A stretch of DNA of 64,000 nucleotides from Escherichia phage vB_Eco_BCPEco_001, in sequence record PV295200.1. One strand, 5' to 3'. A program made the position numbers and the translations under genes. Below, piece by piece: positions 39,251 through 48,804 of this stretch. Under the pieces are notes generated by a model. That model worked only from the letters and a program-made list of their open reading frames with translations. It searched no databases and was not told the DNA's origin. Every line of letters starts with the position of its first letter. Position 1 is the first letter of the stretch.

Positions 39251-39736
39251 ATGATTACAGTAGATAAGTGGTTTAGAATTAATCGTGCTGATACAGGGCT
39301 GTGTAATTACTGGCCGGAACTTAGTGCAGGTACTGTCTTTAAAGTTCGTGAACTTGCAAAAGAATGCGAAGATGATATAGAACCTGATACTGGAATTATT
39401 GAAATTGAACTTTCCGACGGAAAGATTATTAACATCTATGATAAGCCAATTACATACTGGTGTTTGTGGAATACTGAATCCGTTGAAAATGGCGAAATCG
39501 AGGAAGTTGTAGAGCGAACTAATCAAGTTGTTCAGAAGCCTAAAGCCGCTTTTCAAGGTGAACGTATTTCATACGCATTAGCTAAATTAGCTGCGCAAGA
39601 AAATAACGATGGCTATGAAGGTAACCTGATGCAAGCTGCCGCAGAGTACATTGAATGGCTTGAAACTCAAATTTCTTTTTCTGACCAAATGATTCGGCAA
39701 TATAAGCGATTGCATCAAATGTTTTACAATACTTGA
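39251..39736 (+). CDS. pin: Pin-like protein (position and size of T4 pin, Lon protease inhibitor)
   Basis: 161 aa from the first in-frame ATG; sits between nrdC and 49 as pin does in T4; no motif-level confirmation. Confidence 0.45.
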   Translation: MITVDKWFRINRADTGLCNYWPELSAGTVFKVRELAKECEDDIEPDTGIIEIELSDGKIINIYDKPITYWCLWNTESVENGEIEEVVERTNQVVQKPKAAFQGERISYALAKLAAQENNDGYEGNLMQAAAEYIEWLETQISFSDQMIRQYKRLHQMFYNT

Positions 39737-39771
39737 AAAAACTCAAAATTCTTTTTCTGACAGGACATTTT

Positions 39772-39948
39772 AATGAAAACCGAATTGGTTTATACTGAAA
39801 AGTTAAATGGCGGTAAGGTTTGGAAACTTTTTATTAAAGGACATTCTACGGACCCTCATATGACCACTTGCGTAGGAACCTATTCTCGTCCTACTAAAAA
39901 GATGATTCGACAGTATAAACGATTGAATCAAATGTTTTACAATACTTA
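39772..39948 (+). CDS. hypothetical small protein sharing its C-terminal 15 aa with the upstream Pin-like protein
   Basis: 58 aa; C-terminus MIRQYKRLNQMFYNT versus Pin-like MIRQYKRLHQMFYNT; lies between an about 43-bp direct repeat. Confidence 0.35.
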
Positions 39949-39988
39949 AATAATAAATACCCTTATCTATTTAAGGTAAGGGTTTATT

Positions 39989-40462
39989 ATGTTATTGACT
40001 GGCAAATTATATAAAGAAGAAAAACAGAAATTTTATGATGCACAAAACGGTAAATGCTTAATTTGCCAACGTGAATTAAATCCTGATGTTCAAGCTAATC
40101 ACCTCGATCATGACCATGAATTAAATGGACCAAAAGCAGGAAAGGTACGTGGATTGCTTTGTAATCTCTGCAATGCTGCAGAAGGTCAAATGAAGCACAA
40201 ATTTAATCGTTCTGGCTTAAAGGGACAAGGTGTTGATTATCTTGAATGGTTAGAAAATTTACTTACTTACTTAAAATCCGATTACACCCAAAATAATATT
40301 CACCCTAACTTTGTTGGAGATAAATCAAAGGAATTTTCTCGTTTAGGAAAAGAGGAAATGATGGCTGAGATGCTTCAAAGAGGATTTGAATATAATGAAT
40401 CTGACACTAAAACACAATTAATAGCTTCATTTAAGAAGCAGCTTAGAAAGAGTTTAAAATGA
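39989..40462 (+). CDS. 49: recombination endonuclease VII (Holliday junction resolvase)
   Basis: 157 aa; MLLTGKLYKEEKQKFYDAQNGKCLICQRELNPDVQANHLDHDHE matches T4 gp49 from memory; zinc-binding Cys. Confidence 0.9.
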   Translation: MLLTGKLYKEEKQKFYDAQNGKCLICQRELNPDVQANHLDHDHELNGPKAGKVRGLLCNLCNAAEGQMKHKFNRSGLKGQGVDYLEWLENLLTYLKSDYTQNNIHPNFVGDKSKEFSRLGKEEMMAEMLQRGFEYNESDTKTQLIASFKKQLRKSLK

Positions 40463-42276
40463 CAATTGAAAAAGAAATTGAAGGATTGATTCATAAAACT
40501 AATAAAGACCTTTTGAACGAGAATGCTAATAAAGATTCTCGTGTTTTTCCAACTCAACGGGACCTTATGGCTGGTATTGTGTCTAAGCACATTGCCAAAA
40601 ATATGGTCCCGTCTTTTATTATGAAAGCGCATGAAAGCGGAATTATTCATTTCCATGATATTGATTATTCCCCTGCTCTTCCATTTACTAATTGCTGTTT
40701 AGTAGATTTAAAAGGAATGCTTGAGAACGGATTTAAGCTCGGTAATGCACAGATTGAAACTCCTAAATCAATCGGTGTTGCTACTGCAATTATGGCACAA
40801 ATTACTGCGCAAGTTGCTTCCCATCAATATGGCGGAACGACTTTTGCGAATGTAGATAAAGTACTTTCTCCTTATGTTAAACGCACCTATGCAAAACATA
40901 TCGAGGACGCAGAAAAATGGCAAATCGCTGATGCACTGAATTATGCTCAATCTAAAACAGAAAAAGATGTATACGATGCATTCCAAGCTTATGAATATGA
41001 AGTAAATACTCTCTTTAGTTCAAACGGACAAACGCCTTTTGTAACAATTACATTTGGTACGGGAACTGACTGGACTGAACGAATGATTCAGAAAGCAATT
41101 CTGAAAAATCGTATTAAAGGTCTTGGTCGTGATGGGATAACTCCTATTTTCCCTAAGCTTGTTATGTTTGTTGAAGAAGGTGTTAATCTTTATAAAGACG
41201 ATCCGAACTATGATATTAAGCAGCTTGCTCTAGAGTGTGCAAGCAAAAGAATGTATCCTGATATTATTTCAGCTAAGAACAATAAAGCTATCACTGGTTC
41301 ATCTATTCCTGTTTCTCCAATGGGTTGCCGTAGTTTCTTGAGCGTATGGAAAGATTCGACCGGTAATGAAATTCTTGATGGACGTAATAATCTTGGTGTT
41401 GTAACACTGAATCTTCCTCGCATCGCGTTAGATTCTTATATTGGAACACAGTTCAATGAACAGAAATTTGTTGAATTATTCAATGAACGAATGGATTTAT
41501 GTTTTGAAGCTTTGATGTGTAGAATTAGTTCCTTAAAAGGAGTTAAAGCGACTGTTGCTCCTATTCTTTACCAAGAAGGTGCATTCGGGGTTCGTCTTAA
41601 ACCTGATGACGATATAATTGAGTTATTTAAAAATGGTAGAAGTTCAGTGTCCCTAGGATACATTGGTATTCACGAATTGAATATTCTTGTCGGTCGTGAT
41701 ATTGGACGAGAAATTTTAACTAAAATGAATGCTCATCTTAAACAGTGGACTGAAAGAACCGGATTTGCTTTTAGTTTATATTCGACTCCTGCTGAAAACC
41801 TTTGTTATCGCTTCTGTAAACTCGATACAGAAAAATATGGAAGTGTAAAAGATGTTACCGATAAAGGTTGGTACACTAACAGTTTCCATGTTTCAGTAGA
41901 AGAAAATATTACTCCGTTTGAAAAGATTTCCCGCGAAGCACCATATCATTTCATTGCGACAGGTGGTCACATTTCTTATGTTGAACTTCCTGATATGAAA
42001 AATAACTTAAAAGGTCTTGAGGCCGTGTGGGATTATGCTGCACAACATTTAGATTATTTTGGTGTTAATATGCCAGTAGATAAATGTTTTACATGCGGAA
42101 GTACCCATGAAATGACTCCTACTGAAAACGGATTTGTTTGTTCTATTTGTGGAGAAACTGATCCTAAAAAGATGAATACCATAAGAAGAACATGCGGCTA
42201 TCTTGGAACTCCTAGCGTTGTTCCATGGAATTTAGGTAAAATGAAAGAAATGGTAAAACGAGTAAAACATGCATAG
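40459..42276 (+). CDS. nrdD: anaerobic ribonucleoside-triphosphate reductase NrdD (intronless)
   Basis: 605 aa continuous ORF; C-terminal glycyl-radical region RRTCGYLG and zinc ribbon CFTCGS...CSICG. Confidence 0.9.
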   Translation: MTIEKEIEGLIHKTNKDLLNENANKDSRVFPTQRDLMAGIVSKHIAKNMVPSFIMKAHESGIIHFHDIDYSPALPFTNCCLVDLKGMLENGFKLGNAQIETPKSIGVATAIMAQITAQVASHQYGGTTFANVDKVLSPYVKRTYAKHIEDAEKWQIADALNYAQSKTEKDVYDAFQAYEYEVNTLFSSNGQTPFVTITFGTGTDWTERMIQKAILKNRIKGLGRDGITPIFPKLVMFVEEGVNLYKDDPNYDIKQLALECASKRMYPDIISAKNNKAITGSSIPVSPMGCRSFLSVWKDSTGNEILDGRNNLGVVTLNLPRIALDSYIGTQFNEQKFVELFNERMDLCFEALMCRISSLKGVKATVAPILYQEGAFGVRLKPDDDIIELFKNGRSSVSLGYIGIHELNILVGRDIGREILTKMNAHLKQWTERTGFAFSLYSTPAENLCYRFCKLDTEKYGSVKDVTDKGWYTNSFHVSVEENITPFEKISREAPYHFIATGGHISYVELPDMKNNLKGLEAVWDYAAQHLDYFGVNMPVDKCFTCGSTHEMTPTENGFVCSICGETDPKKMNTIRRTCGYLGTPSVVPWNLGKMKEMVKRVKHA

Positions 42277-42288
42277 GGTTAAACACCA

Positions 42289-42921
42289 ATGAATTATGAC
42301 AGAATCTATTCAAATCTAGTTAATTCTGCTGAACACCCATCTAAGCCCCGTCAAACTAAAGCCGGGTATGAACTTCATCATATAATTCCAAGAAGCATGG
42401 GTGGTCCAGATGATTTAGACAACTTAGTATTTTTAACTTATAAGGCCCACTATACTGCTCATCATTTATTGGCTAAAATATATGGTGGAAAGATGTATGA
42501 TGCATATTGGATAATGAGTAATAGTAAGCATAGAAAAGTTACTTCTTCACAATACGCGTATGCAAAAGCTAAGAAATTTGAAAATCAGCGTGGCGCAAAA
42601 AGAAGCGATAAAACTAAGAAGCTAATGAGCATAGCTAGGTCTAAAGTAACTCTTCCTGATGATTTTGGAAAAAGGATATCTGATGGGCTAACAGGAAGAA
42701 CTTTGTCTACTAGTCATAAAGAGCATATCAAAAATAGTTCTAGAAATCGCTTTAACACCAAAACGGTTATTGGCTATTCACCAGACGGAAATACAATAGA
42801 ACTAACTGGAGCAACTGAAATAAGAAATGCAGGATTTTTTCATTCTGCTGTTTATAAATGTTGCAAAGGAATTCAATCTATTCATAAGGGATATACTTGG
42901 AAATATAAAGATGAATTATGA
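42289..42921 (+). CDS. HNH homing endonuclease, free-standing between nrdD and nrdG
   Basis: 210 aa; HNH core GYELHHIIPRSMGGPDDLDNLVFLTYKAHYTAHH; first 7 residues MNYDRIY identical to the NrdG N-terminus; 3' end overlaps the nrdG start by 11 nt. Confidence 0.65.
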   Translation: MNYDRIYSNLVNSAEHPSKPRQTKAGYELHHIIPRSMGGPDDLDNLVFLTYKAHYTAHHLLAKIYGGKMYDAYWIMSNSKHRKVTSSQYAYAKAKKFENQRGAKRSDKTKKLMSIARSKVTLPDDFGKRISDGLTGRTLSTSHKEHIKNSSRNRFNTKTVIGYSPDGNTIELTGATEIRNAGFFHSAVYKCCKGIQSIHKGYTWKYKDEL

Positions 42922-43381
42922 TAGAATATACCCGTGCTGCTTTGTTAATGGTCCTGGATGCAGGGTCGTTCTCTTCGTCACTGGATGTTTGCATAAATGC
43001 GAAGGTTGTTATAATCGTAGTACTTGGAATGCTCGTAACGGACAGTTATTCACTATGAATACCGTTAAAGAACTTGCGTCCCATTTAAGCAAATCGTATA
43101 TCCAAGGCCTTACCTTAACCGGTGGTGACCCACTTTATCCACAGAACCGAGAAGAGATTTCAAATTTAGTTTCTTGGGTTAAAGCAAGATTTCCGGAGAA
43201 AGATATCTGGTTGTGGACAGGATATAAGTTTGAAGATATTAAACAGCTAGAAATGCTTAAATATGTTGATGTTATTATTGATGGGAAGTATGAGAAAAAT
43301 CTTCCGACTAAAAAGCTGTGGCGAGGATCAGATAATCAGCGACTTTGGTCAAATACCGATGGGGTGTGGAAACATGATTAA
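42911..43381 (+). CDS. nrdG: anaerobic ribonucleotide reductase activating protein NrdG (radical SAM)
   Basis: 156 aa from MNYDRIYPCCFVNGPGCRVVLFVTGCLHKCEGCYN (radical-SAM Cys cluster); the track ORF 42827 starts earlier inside the HNH gene. Confidence 0.85.
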   Translation: MNYDRIYPCCFVNGPGCRVVLFVTGCLHKCEGCYNRSTWNARNGQLFTMNTVKELASHLSKSYIQGLTLTGGDPLYPQNREEISNLVSWVKARFPEKDIWLWTGYKFEDIKQLEMLKYVDVIIDGKYEKNLPTKKLWRGSDNQRLWSNTDGVWKHD

Positions 43382-43496
43382 ATTGAATTACATTATGGAT
43401 ACTATAAATGATATGATTTTTCATTTTGGTCCAGAATTTTATTCGCAGTATAGTTTAGTGCTTATCAATGCTTGGTTAATTAATTAAGGGTAAAAT

Positions 43497-43709
43497 ATGT
43501 ATAAATTTCGTAAAGGTTTAGCTGATTTTCTTACAACTGTAACATTCTTTCTGTTTATGGCAGTTGGAGCTATTTTCCTTATTCCTTTTATTGCTATATT
43601 TTTCGTGATTAGTTTAATTTCTCCAGAAAAGGGCTTATCTTCCAGTGAGTTCAATGAGCGCCTGGATAAAATTACTAACAAGCTGAATGCTGCTCTTAGT
43701 AAGGAATAG
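43497..43709 (+). CDS. small membrane protein
   Basis: 70 aa; one long TM segment. Confidence 0.45.
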   Translation: MYKFRKGLADFLTTVTFFLFMAVGAIFLIPFIAIFFVISLISPEKGLSSSEFNERLDKITNKLNAALSKE

Positions 43710-43711
43710 TT

Positions 43712-44020
43712 GTGAAACAAAATAAGATTGAAGTCTATGGAATTCCAGATGAAGTAGGTCGTTGTCCTGGATGTCAATCAGTTACAAAACTTCTAAAGGA
43801 GCTCAATGCTCCTTTTACTTTCTATAAAGTTCTTACAAATAATGGTAAGATTGAGTATGATCGTCCACTGATTGTATCTCTTGCTAAACGTGCTGGATTC
43901 ACATCTCTTAACATTCGTTACCCAGTCATTTTCATTAATGATTCTAGACAAAAGAACATTAAACACTTCAAAGAAACTCTCATTTCACTTGGATATGATA
44001 GAGATATCATAGAAGACTAA
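43712..44020 (+). CDS. nrdH: glutaredoxin-like protein (NrdH-like)
   Basis: 102 aa; CPGC redox motif near the N-terminus; apparent GTG start at 43712; adjacent to nrdG. Confidence 0.6.
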   Translation: MKQNKIEVYGIPDEVGRCPGCQSVTKLLKELNAPFTFYKVLTNNGKIEYDRPLIVSLAKRAGFTSLNIRYPVIFINDSRQKNIKHFKETLISLGYDRDIIED

Positions 44021-44101
44021 GACGGGCCCTCTGGGCCTTTCTTTCTTACATTCTGTATATTACCATTCTAAGCTATCGTTCCTTTCTTATCATTCCCTAA
44101 A

Positions 44102-44148
44102 ATATTTTTCACAAAGTTGTTTACAACAAGTTCAAACCATGGTATTAT
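44102..44148 (+). promoter_or_regulatory. early promoter (UP element, -35 GTTTACA, -10 TATTAT)
   Basis: aatatttttcacaaagttgtttacaacaagttcaaaccatggtattat. Confidence 0.6.
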
Positions 44149-44178
44149 TAACATATGAATTACCTTTGAGGAATTGAT

Positions 44179-44361
44179 ATGGTTGTGGTTGATAAAGAAA
44201 TTAAAAAGGGACAGTATTATCTCGTGAATGGTAATGTTGTTCGTGTTACTTATGTAAATGGTTTTGATGTTTACTATCTTATACTCAAGTTACATAAACG
44301 CATGATTTGTGATCGTGCTGTATTTAGTTCAGTTGCTAAGGAAATTAAACTCCATGGGTAA
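44179..44361 (+). CDS. hypothetical protein
   Basis: 60 aa; SD GAGGAA. Confidence 0.45.
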   Translation: MVVVDKEIKKGQYYLVNGNVVRVTYVNGFDVYYLILKLHKRMICDRAVFSSVAKEIKLHG

Positions 44362-44647
44362 AACGTATCGTCGTAAAGACTTAAAAGTGCGTGATTATGA
44401 CTATTTCGGAAAGCGTAAAGCTCCTGCTGGGGTAAGTCATAAAGATATGGTTGAAAACATTTTTCGCTCAGATAAATGGCGTAGAATGAAAGGTATTGAT
44501 TCAGAAGTTAAAGATGAGCTAAATCGCCAATTACGTGGTGAAGTAAGAAAGTTGAAAAAATCAGTTTACATTGACGATGATTTTGATTATAATACTTCTC
44601 AACGAGTTGCTAAACGTAAATCAAACGAGTGTTATCGTTACAGCTGA
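44354..44647 (+). CDS. hypothetical basic protein
   Basis: 97 aa from MGKTYRRKDLK; the track start 44309 is upstream inside the previous gene. Confidence 0.45.
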   Translation: MGKTYRRKDLKVRDYDYFGKRKAPAGVSHKDMVENIFRSDKWRRMKGIDSEVKDELNRQLRGEVRKLKKSVYIDDDFDYNTSQRVAKRKSNECYRYS

Positions 44648-44654
44648 GGAAAAT

Positions 44655-44789
44655 ATGAATATCAAACGAATGCTTTTTAAACAAGGGTTATACACTTTAA
44701 ATGTTACTCCAAAAGGCGATACAACTAAGTGGTCAGTAAATGACTGGATTAAATTTATTGATGAAAATGGTAATTGGTGGGAAATTTAA
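44655..44789 (+). CDS. hypothetical small protein
   Basis: 44 aa from an ATG with SD GAGGAAAAT; Trp-rich. Confidence 0.35.
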   Translation: MNIKRMLFKQGLYTLNVTPKGDTTKWSVNDWIKFIDENGNWWEI

Positions 44790-44990
44790 ATGAATCCTGA
44801 ATCTAAATTATCGCAGCGAATTGCCGAAGCTCGTCGTCAGTTCTTTGAAAATATGATAGCCCAAGGTATTGATGACGAAGTTTTTCTGAACTGGTTTTGG
44901 AATCACAAATATTCAAGTTGCTCAGGAGCAATATTAATATCAGCCGCAATGATGTATGAAGGCTGGAAGGGTGCCAAAAAGTTTAGCTAA
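44790..44990 (+). CDS. hypothetical protein
   Basis: 66 aa; followed by a terminator. Confidence 0.45.
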   Translation: MNPESKLSQRIAEARRQFFENMIAQGIDDEVFLNWFWNHKYSSCSGAILISAAMMYEGWKGAKKFS

Positions 44991-45007
44991 GGGCTTCGGC
45001 CCTTTTT
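44990..45007 (+). terminator. rho-independent terminator
   Basis: agggc ttcg gccct followed by ttttt. Confidence 0.6.
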
Positions 45008-45042
45008 GGATAATAAAATTTTAACGTAATTGAGGATAATAT

Positions 45043-45369
45043 ATGACTATTCAAATTAAAAACGCCATCAATTCTTACGCATATGATAAAGTAGTTTCTT
45101 TGTTAGAAAAAGGCGATATTGTAACTCCTCAAATTTTGGATAAATGGGAAAAAGAGCTTCATCAGACGATGAAACAGAATGATCAGAAGATTGGACGCAA
45201 TACTGTCCGTGAATTGCTGGTTCAATATATCTTGTCAGAATTTGATGTTAAAGCTTTTGGTGTAGAATCTAAAGCTTATCAAAAGCATGAAATTTCCGAT
45301 AAAACTATTCGTCGCATGAAAAATCAACGCAAGAAAAAATTTGCAGACCTGAAAATTACTAAGGTATAA
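45043..45369 (+). CDS. hypothetical protein
   Basis: 108 aa; SD GAGGA. Confidence 0.5.
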   Translation: MTIQIKNAINSYAYDKVVSLLEKGDIVTPQILDKWEKELHQTMKQNDQKIGRNTVRELLVQYILSEFDVKAFGVESKAYQKHEISDKTIRRMKNQRKKKFADLKITKV

Positions 45370-45371
45370 TT

Positions 45372-45587
45372 ATGAACGAAGCTCTTATTAACGATTTACG
45401 TCTTGCTGGATATGAAGTAAATACAAATGGCATTGGTTTAACTCAAATTGAAGGAAACGGATTCATCCTTGAGTATGAATTTAGCCAATGGTGGTTATAC
45501 GCTAATTACGGCGAATTAATTGAATATGTTGACCAATTCGATTCACTAGATGCAGCTCTTGAAGCGGCTAAGTTGATGAATGTATGA
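45372..45587 (+). CDS. hypothetical protein
   Basis: 71 aa acidic. Confidence 0.45.
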   Translation: MNEALINDLRLAGYEVNTNGIGLTQIEGNGFILEYEFSQWWLYANYGELIEYVDQFDSLDAALEAAKLMNV

Positions 45588-45853
45588 AATTTATTAATAT
45601 TTCTATTACTATTGAAAATTATGGCATTTTCTATGTTGATCAATGCATGAAAATTTCATTTTTCCCAAATAAGACTGGTGTTGGATATTGGGAAAGCCAT
45701 GTTTCTGAATTAAATGAAAGTGAATATGTTAGTACACATGAAAAGTTTTTAGACTTTTTATATCATGCTGATCTAACTAGTCATTATATAGATATTCATG
45801 AATTTAAAAAGATGATGGAGAAAGTGTTCCAAGCATACTGTTTACTTAGATAA
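45584..45853 (+). CDS. hypothetical protein
   Basis: 89 aa, ATGA-coupled. Confidence 0.45.
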   Translation: MKFINISITIENYGIFYVDQCMKISFFPNKTGVGYWESHVSELNESEYVSTHEKFLDFLYHADLTSHYIDIHEFKKMMEKVFQAYCLLR

Positions 45854-45931
45854 CTGATATCCTCTATGCTTTAAGATAGATCTTCAAATATTATGATATA
45901 ATAGATCTATGAATTGAGCTAAGAGGTGAAA

Positions 45932-46489
45932 ATGTCAGAAACTAAGCCTAAATATAATTACGTAAACAATAAAGAGCTTTTACAAGCTATTATTGATTGG
46001 AAAACAGAATTAGCAAATAATAAAGACCCAAATAAAGTAGTTCGTCAGAATGATACTATCGGATTAGCCATTATGCTTATTGCAGAAGGCTTATCTAAAC
46101 GTTTCAACTTTTCAGGATACACCCAGTCTTGGAAACAAGAAATGATTGCAGATGGTATAGAAGCTTCTATTAAAGGGCTTCATAATTTTGATGAAACGAA
46201 ATATAAAAACCCACATGCGTATATAACTCAAGCTTGTTTTAATGCATTCGTCCAACGTATTAAAAAAGAACGTAAGGAAGTTGCAAAGAAATATAGTTAC
46301 TTCGTTCACAATGTCTATGACAGTCGTGACGACGATATGGTTGCGTTAGTAGATGAAACTTTTATTCAAGACATCTACGATAAAATGACGCATTACGAAG
46401 AATCAACCTATAGAACACCGGGGGCTGAAAAGAAAAGTGTTGTAGACGATTCTCCTAGTTTGGATTTTTTATATGAGGCTAACGATTAA
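45932..46489 (+). CDS. 55: late-transcription sigma factor gp55
   Basis: 185 aa from [24 protein letters not shown], matches T4 gp55 from memory; SD AGAGGTG. Confidence 0.85.
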
Positions 46490-46691
46490 CCTCTCCGGAT
46501 TCTTGGAAGAAATACCTGAAGTTGAAGCTATTCCCTATTTACTTAAAATGTATCTCAGGGAAGTTTTAGCTTTTGACATTGATATTGATCCAGAAAATCC
46601 GTATGATACCGCTTTTAAATCTAATGGTGTAGAATTAAACTATCGGTATCATTTAACAGATGATGATTTTTATTTTATATTAGAGAAATAA
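46473..46691 (+). CDS. hypothetical protein
   Basis: 72 aa overlapping the gene 55 end. Confidence 0.4.
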
Positions 46692-46692
46692 T

Positions 46693-47010
46693 ATGACTGA
46701 TAAACCCGAAATTAACGATGAAGTGGAAAAGCTTATTTTTTCTATTGAAGAAAAGAACCGTCTTGAAGCAGAAAGAAAAGCAAATAAGTTATTGTCTAAA
46801 AACAAACGCGAACTGAATCGTCTTTATAAGCACGCTCAGATCGCAGCTGAAAATAATAATTTTGCTCAATACGAATATGCTATCAAGAAAAGTCGGGATA
46901 TTCTAAAACAGCCATATAACGATGAACTCATCAGTATTCTTTGGAAGACTACTAGATCGCAAATTGAGGATATGATTGATGCTTACACACATAAAATTCA
47001 AGCGTCTTAA
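46693..47010 (+). CDS. hypothetical helical protein
   Basis: 105 aa. Confidence 0.5.
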   Translation: MTDKPEINDEVEKLIFSIEEKNRLEAERKANKLLSKNKRELNRLYKHAQIAAENNNFAQYEYAIKKSRDILKQPYNDELISILWKTTRSQIEDMIDAYTHKIQAS

Positions 47011-47376
47011 AATTAATGCAGGATTTACTGAATCTTTGAATGGTCATCTTTGTGTGAAAATTTCTGAAAAAGAATACCATGATAGTTCAATTAAAGAAGT
47101 TAATCCTCCTATTGTAAGAGCAGACCCTAATATGAAAGTGTGGGTTGATTCTTATCAAGTCAAAAAATGGTGGCAGTTATGAAAGATGAACACCCAGACT
47201 TCTGAAATGGATTATAATAAAAGTCGTTCCTCTAAAGTAGAAATGATGAGACGCTCTAAAGAGTCTTATGATAAAGCTAAAGCAGAAGGAACTATAACAT
47301 ATAAGCGCAGAAAATTTAGAAGCTCTAATGAGCCTCTATACGGTGTATTATGCGGATAGGAGCTTCGGCTCCTATA

Positions 47377-47401
47377 TTGCTTTACAAAATTTTGGTAAAA
47401 T
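47377..47401 (+). promoter_or_regulatory. candidate MotA-dependent middle promoter (MotA box TTGCTTTA plus -10) upstream of a-gt
   Basis: attgctttacaaaattttggtaaaataaac; the box sits about 11 nt upstream of a TAAAAT -10-like hexamer. Confidence 0.4.
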
Positions 47402-47425
47402 AAACCAAAACAAAGAGGATATTAA

Positions 47426-48628
47426 ATGAAAGTATGTATTTTTATGGCTCGAGGTCTTGAAGGTTGCGGTGTAACTAAATTTTCTCTTGAGCAACGTGAT
47501 TGGTTCATTAAAAATGGCCATGAAGTAACTCTAGTTTATGCTAAAGATAAATCATTTACTCGTACAAGTTCTCATGACCACAAATCATTTTCAATTCCAG
47601 TTATTTTAGCTAAAGAATACGATAAAGCACTTAAACTGATTAATGATTGTGATATTTTAATTATTAATTCTGTTCCTGCTACTTCCGTTCAAGAAGCCAC
47701 GATTAATAACTATAAAAAAATTATTGATAACATTAAACCTTCAGTTCGTGTTGTAGTTTATCAACATGACCATTCTTCTCTTTCTTTGCGCCGAAATTTG
47801 GGATTAGAAGAAACTGTTCGTCGAGCTGATGTTATTTTTAGTCATTCTGATAATGGTGATTTTAATAAAGTTCTGATGAAAGAATGGTATCCAGAAACTG
47901 TTTCTTTGTTTGATGATATTGAAGAAGCACCGACTGTATACAACTTTCAGCCTCCTATGGATATTGCGAAGGTTCGATCAACCTACTGGAAAGATGTTTC
48001 TGAAATTAACATGAATGTCAACCGCTGGATTGGTCGTACGACTACATGGAAAGGTTTTTATCAGATGTTTGATTTTCACGAAAAACATCTTAAACCTGCT
48101 GGGCTAAGTACTATTATGGAAGGTCTGGAACGTTCTCCAGCGTTCATTCCTATTAAAGAAAAAGGAATTCCATATGAGTATTATCGTCTTCATCAAGTAG
48201 ACCAAATTAAAATTGCTCCTAATTTGCCAACGCAAATTCTTGACCGTTATGTAAATAGCGAAATGCTTGAACGCATGAGTAAATCTGGATTTGGTTATCA
48301 GCTGAGTAAGTTGGACAAAAAATATCTACAACGTTCTTTAGAATATACTCATCTCGAGCTTGGTGCATGTGGAACAATTCCAGTATTTTGGAAATCTACT
48401 GGCGAAAATTTAAAATTCCGTGTTGATAATACTCCGTTAATTTCTCATGATAGTGGTATCGTTTGGTTTGATGAAAATGACATGGAATCAGCATTTGAGC
48501 GTATTAAAGAACTGTCATCTGACCGAACTCTTTATGACCGTGAACGCGAAAAAGCTTATGAATTTTTGTATCAGCATCAAGATTCAAGCTTCTGCTTTAA
48601 AGAACAGTTTGACATTATTACAAAATAA
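47426..48628 (+). CDS. a-gt: DNA alpha-glucosyltransferase
   Basis: 400 aa; MKVCIFMARGLEGCGVTKFSLEQRDWFIKNGHEVTLVYAKDKSFTR is near-identical to T4 a-gt from memory; followed by the hairpin agggcttcggccct. Confidence 0.9.
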   Translation: MKVCIFMARGLEGCGVTKFSLEQRDWFIKNGHEVTLVYAKDKSFTRTSSHDHKSFSIPVILAKEYDKALKLINDCDILIINSVPATSVQEATINNYKKIIDNIKPSVRVVVYQHDHSSLSLRRNLGLEETVRRADVIFSHSDNGDFNKVLMKEWYPETVSLFDDIEEAPTVYNFQPPMDIAKVRSTYWKDVSEINMNVNRWIGRTTTWKGFYQMFDFHEKHLKPAGLSTIMEGLERSPAFIPIKEKGIPYEYYRLHQVDQIKIAPNLPTQILDRYVNSEMLERMSKSGFGYQLSKLDKKYLQRSLEYTHLELGACGTIPVFWKSTGENLKFRVDNTPLISHDSGIVWFDENDMESAFERIKELSSDRTLYDREREKAYEFLYQHQDSSFCFKEQFDIITK

Positions 48629-48804
48629 AGGGCTTCGGCCCTTTAGCTTTATACGGAGTTTGATATAATGATATTTCTTGGATATGTGATACTTTTTCTC
48701 GCATTTTATCTATTCACTAGAGCATGTTGGATTGGGTTCTTTAGCACTCCAGATGGATTTATTTCAATAATTTTATTTTGCATTTCAATGACGGTTCTTG
48801 ATAT

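Noticed and set aside
40459-42276. Group I intron in nrdD (as in T4)
   Set aside because: nrdD is a single uninterrupted 605-codon ORF; no intron-like insertion or intron-encoded endonuclease is present within it.
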